From: an uncultured Gemmatimonadales bacterium
GTDB taxonomy: Bacteria > Gemmatimonadota > Gemmatimonadetes > Gemmatimonadales > Gemmatimonadaceae
Reading direction: 5' to 3'
Assembly (NCBI GenBank): GCA_963707505.1
Contig: CAVPQB010000004.1
Span: 544,001 to 608,000, forward strand
Length of the DNA stretch: 64,000 nucleotides
The translations under genes and the position numbers were made by a program. Each line of letters starts with the position of its first letter. Within the stretch, counting starts at the first letter, position 1. This document shows positions 58,291 through 64,000 of the stretch, piece after piece. The notes under the pieces were generated by a model. That model had not been told where the DNA came from. It saw only the letters and a program-made list of their open reading frames with translations, and made no database searches.

Positions 58291-59715
58291 TTATTTTTTC
58301 TGCTTCACCTTCATCCCCGCGTTCCCACTTGCGACAGCGCGGACGGCGATTCCCGACGCGGTCACATATATCCCTGCGACGTCGACCGAGTCCACCTGCG
58401 CCGATAGCGTCACCGCATCACCGAGTTTGCGGTTGAGTCCGTCGCTGAGAAGTGACCGTCCCTTTGTGATCAGAAGATCGGCGGGTAGCCGAGCCTTTTG
58501 TCTGAATAATTCGCGCAGAGCGTCGGACTGGAGCCAGCTGTAAGCGCTGATTAGCTCGCTGTCGGTGTTCAGGTCGTAGTCGAGGTCGGGCACACTCAAC
58601 TCTCCCGCACGGCGATCGTACGCCGGCTTGCCGGCGAAGACCAGTGTGCCGTTGGCATCACCCGTGAAGGCGACTGCAAGCGCGAGTCGACCCTGAGGCA
58701 GCGGAGAGACGCGTGCACTCTGCACTGTGACAGTGCGGCCACCTTCCGTTATTGGCTTTCCCTTTAACGCATCGGTGATCGTCTTCGAGGCGTCGGCGTA
58801 ACTGATAAGGCCGCCGAGTACGATGTGGAATCCCGTTGCAACGGTGTCGCGTGCGAGCGGCGGGAGTGGTGGAACGTCCGGACGCGGCTCGGTGCCGGTG
58901 ACGACTCTGGGACGTGCATCGAGACCGGCGTCGACGATCAGGTCATCGCCTGAGCCGCTCACGTCGCCCATGCGGAGCCGTTCGGGTCCGAGCAGCAGCC
59001 ACACATTATCGGTGAGCCGAATCGGTTTGTTGAGAAGTTCCCACCACTCCTGGAAATGACTGGTAAGATCGACGCGCGAGATCTTGCGGTCGATGTCCGG
59101 CAGGTGGGAGTTGAGCGCACCCTGTGCGGCAGCTATCACCCGTTCCGTGACGTCGTATCGAATTACGCTCACCGTACAGCGGTCTCTGTCGGCGCTGGAT
59201 GCGGGCCCGAGCCGACCGACGCGCGCGTGCGACGACAGGTGCCAGTTGGGTGTCAGCGTCAGCGGAGTGATGAGCTCGACGGTTATGCGCGGACGGTCGG
59301 CCAGCGAATCGCCACCACAGCCCGCCCCGATAGTGGGGCCGAAACGCGGCTTGAAATACCCACGGGCGGCATAGGACAGAGTCGCGCGCAGATGCACTTC
59401 GTTGTCGCGAACGAACGTCGTGAACGGGCCCCGTACAGCCTCGTACGCGTAGTGTCTGTTCGGATCGGTCCCGACCATGTGGACGCTATCGATCGATCCG
59501 AATTTTGTGGGAACTGCTCGCTCGACGACCGCCAGCACAGGCGTATAGTCGTACACCAGCGGAATATCGAAGTGGGATAGTGGGAGCGGCGGCACAGCGG
59601 GGAGCGAATCGAGCTGAGCACCCGAGATGGTTGTGGGCTTTTCGCGCCGGCAGGCCTGGGCGAGAGGCATGCAGACGAGCAGGACCAGCGTCGCGCGGCT
59701 CCGACCCGGCGTCAT
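58291..59715 (-). CDS. DUF4403-like lipoprotein
   Basis: Lipobox QAC, 474-aa beta-rich ORF; family assignment from recall. Confidence 0.6.
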   Translation of the reverse strand: MTPGRSRATLVLLVCMPLAQACRREKPTTISGAQLDSLPAVPPLPLSHFDIPLVYDYTPVLAVVERAVPTKFGSIDSVHMVGTDPNRHYAYEAVRGPFTTFVRDNEVHLRATLSYAARGYFKPRFGPTIGAGCGGDSLADRPRITVELITPLTLTPNWHLSSHARVGRLGPASSADRDRCTVSVIRYDVTERVIAAAQGALNSHLPDIDRKISRVDLTSHFQEWWELLNKPIRLTDNVWLLLGPERLRMGDVSGSGDDLIVDAGLDARPRVVTGTEPRPDVPPLPPLARDTVATGFHIVLGGLISYADASKTITDALKGKPITEGGRTVTVQSARVSPLPQGRLALAVAFTGDANGTLVFAGKPAYDRRAGELSVPDLDYDLNTDSELISAYSWLQSDALRELFRQKARLPADLLITKGRSLLSDGLNRKLGDAVTLSAQVDSVDVAGIYVTASGIAVRAVASGNAGMKVKQKK

Positions 59716-59830
59716 CGGCGCTCAGGCTTGTGAGCTGCGATACGCCAGGTACTCAGCGAATGATCTTTCCGGGCACGATGAATGCACATCCACGGATTTC
59801 TGATTAGACGGAAACCTTACGGAGGTTGGG

Positions 59831-60040
59831 ATGAACGACAGCGACAAAAGCAAATCTCACGCCGGCGGTCATGACGAGTCGTCCGCGGAAAAAAGAACAG
59901 AAAAGTTTGGTAATCGTACGGTAGGCCGTGGCATGGACTCGCCCGATTCTACCGAAGCGGTGCTGGATGCCAGCACCGGCGAGCCTGATCCCCGAGCGAG
60001 GGAGAAGAAGGGCAGCGACGGACACCCCGAAAAGAAGTAG
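59831..60040 (+). CDS. Small hydrophilic hypothetical protein
   Basis: GGAGG SD upstream; 69-aa ORF fills an intergenic gap. Confidence 0.5.
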   Translation: MNDSDKSKSHAGGHDESSAEKRTEKFGNRTVGRGMDSPDSTEAVLDASTGEPDPRAREKKGSDGHPEKK

Positions 60041-60046
60041 CGTCGC

Positions 60047-61150
60047 TCATGCAACGCGTCTGGCGCGTTGCATCTCTTGAGGAAATTTCCTGAACCAACT
60101 CGACAGTAGCAGCAGCTCGTCTATCTCATGAGTCGGGATCGACGAGCCAGCTGTCGGCTTTTCGCCGAATATGTCGTCCACCAGCCGGCGCATGGCGGCC
60201 TTGTCGCGGCGTGTTTTGGGACTGTCCAGCTCCGCTCGTACGATGCCGCGGCGAATGACGTACGTCCGATCGCGACCGTCACAGCCCTGCACGTTGTAAA
60301 CGAAAGACAGCGACTCCACGGCAAAGCGTAGCCGGTCGAACTGCTCGCGCAGCGCTTCGAGGCGCGACAGCTTGTCGCGGAAGATCGCGGCGCGCTCGAA
60401 TTCCAGTGCATTGCTCGCGGCCTCCATCTGACGACGGAGTGTGTCAGCTGGTCCAGCATCGGAGCCGTCGAGGAAGGCACGAGCAAGCGCAAGCTGGTGA
60501 TCGTACTCGGCGACCGTGCATCCACCGACACACGGTCCGAGGCACTTTCTGATCTCGTGCCGTATACAGCCAGGCGTACGCCCTAATTGGAAGAGCTCGT
60601 GTTGATCGGCGAAGTAGATCGGCATGTCGCTCCGGCAATCGCGAAGTCCCAGCACGTCGTTAAGCTCGCGCACAGCCTCGCTCACGCGCTGTGCGCCGAC
60701 GAATGGGCCGTAATACACAGCCGCGTCATCGGGGCCGGCGCCGCGAACGACGTTGAGCTTTGGAGCCGCGCCGCGCGAAATCTTGATGAACGAGTAGTGC
60801 CTGGCATCGCGCTTCATCGCGACATTGAATCGTGGACGGTATTGCTTGATCAGTCTCAGCTCACGCAACAGTGCGGCGAATTCACTTGGCTCGTAGTCCC
60901 ACTCGATGCGGGTCGCGTCACGCAGAATGCGCGCGCCCTTGTCTTCCGGATACGCTGCGCGGAAGTAGCTCATCAGACGGGAGCGAATCTGCTTGGACTT
61001 GCCGACGTACACGATCTCGCCGTTGTCGGCGATCATGCGATAGACGCCCGGATCGTTGCGCGCGGTCTCGCGAACGACAGCACGCATCGCGGCGAGCTGC
61101 TCGTCGCTTGTCGGCTCCTTGAACGTGTATGCGCGTGACTTCCTTGCCAT
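60047..61150 (-). CDS. UvrC N-terminal-like GIY-YIG nuclease with UVR domain (Cho-like)
   Basis: PGVYRM..YVGKS..IR.RL, P.FN, C..PC, FERAA..RD. Confidence 0.85.
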   Translation of the reverse strand: MARKSRAYTFKEPTSDEQLAAMRAVVRETARNDPGVYRMIADNGEIVYVGKSKQIRSRLMSYFRAAYPEDKGARILRDATRIEWDYEPSEFAALLRELRLIKQYRPRFNVAMKRDARHYSFIKISRGAAPKLNVVRGAGPDDAAVYYGPFVGAQRVSEAVRELNDVLGLRDCRSDMPIYFADQHELFQLGRTPGCIRHEIRKCLGPCVGGCTVAEYDHQLALARAFLDGSDAGPADTLRRQMEAASNALEFERAAIFRDKLSRLEALREQFDRLRFAVESLSFVYNVQGCDGRDRTYVIRRGIVRAELDSPKTRRDKAAMRRLVDDIFGEKPTAGSSIPTHEIDELLLLSSWFRKFPQEMQRARRVA

Positions 61151-61163
61151 CGGGGTGCGGTCG

Positions 61164-61994
61164 TCAGTGCTGGCAGTGCGCGCAGAGCACAGTCTGCCGG
61201 CCATCGATCGCGTGCGTGCCGATCAGTCTCGCGCCACAGCGGTGACATGGCTCTCCGGCGCGGCCGTACGCCGAAAGAAATTGCACGAACTCGCCAGCCT
61301 CACCACTCGCGTTTCGGTAATCGCGGATACTGGAGCCTCCCGCAACGATCGCCTCGCGCAGCACCGACACTATCGCGTTGCGCAGGTCGGCAGCCTCCTC
61401 CAGCGTGACGGCGGACGCCGCTCGTGACGGATCGATGCCGGCGCGCCAGAGCGCTTCGTTTGCGTAGATGTTCCCGACGCCAACGACCTTGTACTGATCC
61501 ATGATCACCTTCTTGACGGGCTGCCGTGACGCCCGAAGAATAGCCGAAAGACGCTCCGCCGTAAATCCCTCTTCCAGCGGCTCCTCACCCAGCTCGCCGA
61601 AATATTCCCCGAGTCGCTTCGGATCCATCAGCGCGACAGTTCCGAGCCGCCTGACGTCGCGATACGCCAGAACGAAGCCCGAATCCAGACCCAACATCAC
61701 GGCGATGTAGGTCCGGTCATAGTCGGTGAGCTCGCTGCCTCTCGTGGCGAGGAGGGCACCGGTGAATCTCGGCTGCACAACGAGCGAGTCCCCGCTATCC
61801 AGAGAAATGACGATGTGTTTGGCTCGTCGGCTTGCGCCGGTAATCCGCGTGCCGCGTACACGTTTGGCGAAGGTGCGCGCCGTCGCCTCGCGCAACACGT
61901 CCGGGCGTGGTAGTCCAACTGCTTCGATGGTACGGCCGGCGACCGCATCGTTCACGCCTCGCGCGATCGTCTCGACTTCGGGCAGCTCAGGCAT
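61164..61994 (-). CDS. mutM: Formamidopyrimidine-DNA glycosylase
   Basis: MPELPEVET, GVGNIYANE, C-terminal zinc finger. Confidence 0.96.
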   Translation of the reverse strand: MPELPEVETIARGVNDAVAGRTIEAVGLPRPDVLREATARTFAKRVRGTRITGASRRAKHIVISLDSGDSLVVQPRFTGALLATRGSELTDYDRTYIAVMLGLDSGFVLAYRDVRRLGTVALMDPKRLGEYFGELGEEPLEEGFTAERLSAILRASRQPVKKVIMDQYKVVGVGNIYANEALWRAGIDPSRAASAVTLEEAADLRNAIVSVLREAIVAGGSSIRDYRNASGEAGEFVQFLSAYGRAGEPCHRCGARLIGTHAIDGRQTVLCAHCQH

Positions 61995-63316
61995 TCGTCT
62001 CGCGGTCGGACAGGCGCATCTCTCTCGCGAGCTCTCTCCAGGCGATGTCGCGTCGCATCTGCCTGCCCGCGAACCGGATGCGCTCCGCGTAGCGCCGGCT
62101 GTGATTGCTCGCCGCGTGGAGTGTCGGTGCGACTGCAGTCACTGACAGCACGCGTCCGCCGTCCGTGACCACTGGTGGCTCATCGGCACGCTGTGCTTTG
62201 GTCCCGTCCGCGACTCGCGTACCGGCGTGAAATACATAAACACCGTCCTCGAGGCTCGGGGAAGGAGATCGCGTCACCCTTTCGAACCGCTCCAGGATAG
62301 CCGGCGGCCGCGAGAACAGTAGTCACGCTGGAGCCGGCGTTCCACTCGAATTCCGGTGTATCGGCCAGTGATTCGCCGCGAGCCACCGTGAGCAGCGGTT
62401 GCAACAGCGAGCTCGACATGAGCGGCAACAATGTCTGCGTTTCCGGATCGCCGAAACGACAGTTGAATTCGACGACCTTCACCCCCGTCGCGGTGAGCAT
62501 CAATCCCGCGTACAACAGTCCAGAAAATGGTGAGTGCTCGTCGCGCATTGCGGCGAGCACGCGATCGATGATCGTCACCTTCACGAGCGCCTGCAGAGAT
62601 GCGCTATCCAGTGATACGGGCGCATACGCACCCATTCCGCCCGTATTCGGACCCATGTCTCCGTCTTCGAGACGCTTGTGGTCCTGCGCGCCGATCATCA
62701 GTCGCGAATGCTGGCCGTCACAGATGGCGAAGACGGAGACCTCCTCGCCCGACATGAACTCCTCGACCAGAATCTCCTTGCCGGCCTTGCCGAACGCTCC
62801 GGTCGCGAGCATTTCCGTGATTGCGCGCTCCGCTTCGGCCATCGTTTCGGCGATGATGACACCCTTGCCAGCGGCAAGTCCCGACGCCTTGATCACTACC
62901 GGCGCGCCGATCGCATGCGCTGCTCGCAGCGCGGTGTCGACCGACGTATGATGACTCGCGCGCGCTGTAGGAACGCCGGCGCGCAACATCAACTCCTTCG
63001 CGAATCGCTTGGACGTCTCGATACGCGCGGCGGCGCGCGTGGGCCCGAAGATAGGGAGCCCTTCAGCGTGGAATGCGTCCGCGATTCCAGCGTCGAGCGG
63101 AGCTTCCGGGCCGACGACGGTGAGATCGGGGCGCTCTGCGCGCGCGAGCGCCAACAACGCGACGATGTCGTCCGCCGGAATCGCGACGCATCTCGCAAGT
63201 GTAGCGATCCCGGGATTTCCAGGTGCGGCAATCAGGTCTAGCGTCGGATCATCCTGCAACAGCTTCCATGCGATTGCGTGCTCGCGCGCGCCACCGCCAA
63301 CTATCAGAACCTTCAC
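61987..63316 (-). CDS. purD: Phosphoribosylamine-glycine ligase; +1 indel at ~62259
   Basis: GGAREHA, GLAAGKGV, QDHKR, NTGGMG, EFNCRFGDPE; VFHAGT and GGRVL are in the next frame. Confidence 0.92.
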
Positions 63317-64000
63317 TCGTCCTCGTTGCGGAACACATTGTTCATCGTATCGGTCGCACGGCGCGCCGCATCGGCCATCTGATTCATCATGCCCTTCATC
63401 TTGTCGCCGTAATATCCGGCAGCATCAGCGTAATCGTCCGTCAGAGGGCGCTCGTTTGGCGCGCCTCGCCTCGCATATTCGCCATTGATTATCGTGTCGT
63501 AGCCGCCAGCCTGAATCCAGCGCTGCAGCTCGGCGGCCCGCACGGTATTGAACGGGTGCGTGCGGCCGGAAACGTTGAGAAGCTTGAACAGAAGATCGAT
63601 CGCGCCGCTATCGCTTTCGTATTCCTGCGCCTGTGCGAGAAACTCGTCGAGATTGGTCTCGTTTGCGTCGCCCTTGCCACCGGCGAACAGGAGGAACATG
63701 CGCATGGCCTGAACCGGATCCTGCGATGCCAGCAGCCCAGCGCGATCCGCCGAGAATTCGGCCTTGCGATACCACTCCAGCAATGCAAGCTGAATTGGAA
63801 GCGCGATGAGGCCGAGACCTGGAATCGCATTGAAGCCGAACGACAGAAAGAGCAGTGCGAGCGTCGAGTACGTGGAATGCCCGCTCATGACGTGACCGAC
63901 TTCGTGGCCGAGCAACACTCGCTGCTGCGGCTCGTCCAGTATTCCGAGCGCGCCAGTGTGTACAACTATGAACGGCTTTTCGAAGCCCACCGCCATCGCG
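63313..64000 (-). CDS. M48 family zinc metalloprotease, 5'-truncated by window edge
   Basis: GHEVGH, E.SADRAG, THP. Confidence 0.85.
   Translation of the reverse strand, partial: AMAVGFEKPFIVVHTGALGILDEPQQRVLLGHEVGHVMSGHSTYSTLALLFLSFGFNAIPGLGLIALPIQLALLEWYRKAEFSADRAGLLASQDPVQAMRMFLLFAGGKGDANETNLDEFLAQAQEYESDSGAIDLLFKLLNVSGRTHPFNTVRAAELQRWIQAGGYDTIINGEYARRGAPNERPLTDDYADAAGYYGDKMKGMMNQMADAARRATDTMNNVFRNEDE

Noticed and set aside
60047..61150. GIY-YIG protein as the mobiliser of the REP elements
   Set aside because: It is UvrC-like with a UVR domain and is not flanked by the repeats

Overview
High-GC bacterial chromosome segment, most likely Gemmatimonadota. This is inferred from gene content: SusC/SusD pair, futalosine-type menaquinone genes, BTAD-STAND regulator, split ATP synthase operon. 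It is mostly housekeeping: xerC, hslVU, argF, gcvT, Moco genes, atpI-atpBEFH, ETF, gpmI, guaB, menG/mqnL/mqnP/ubiX, mutM, purD. I found no tRNA, rRNA, CRISPR array or transposase. The most interesting locus is 7.6-14.8 kb. In order it holds a sigma54 activator with a non-phosphorylatable receiver and a two-domain protein with a LeuA-regulatory-like C-terminus. Next come a structured leader, an unannotated ~21-aa hydrophobic peptide behind a perfect SD, and a multi-TM HD-GYP c-di-GMP phosphodiesterase. A BTAD-STAND regulator faces these convergently. This is a candidate peptide-controlled c-di-GMP signalling module. Other points: a dead + active L,D-transpeptidase operon, a GATATATC operator array at a YqjI-like PadR gene, three REP-like palindrome families, and a recurrent Gln after signal peptides. 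Single-base indels break several genes, including atpH and purD. They look like consensus errors, so frame-dependent claims, including the peptide's stop, need read-level checking.
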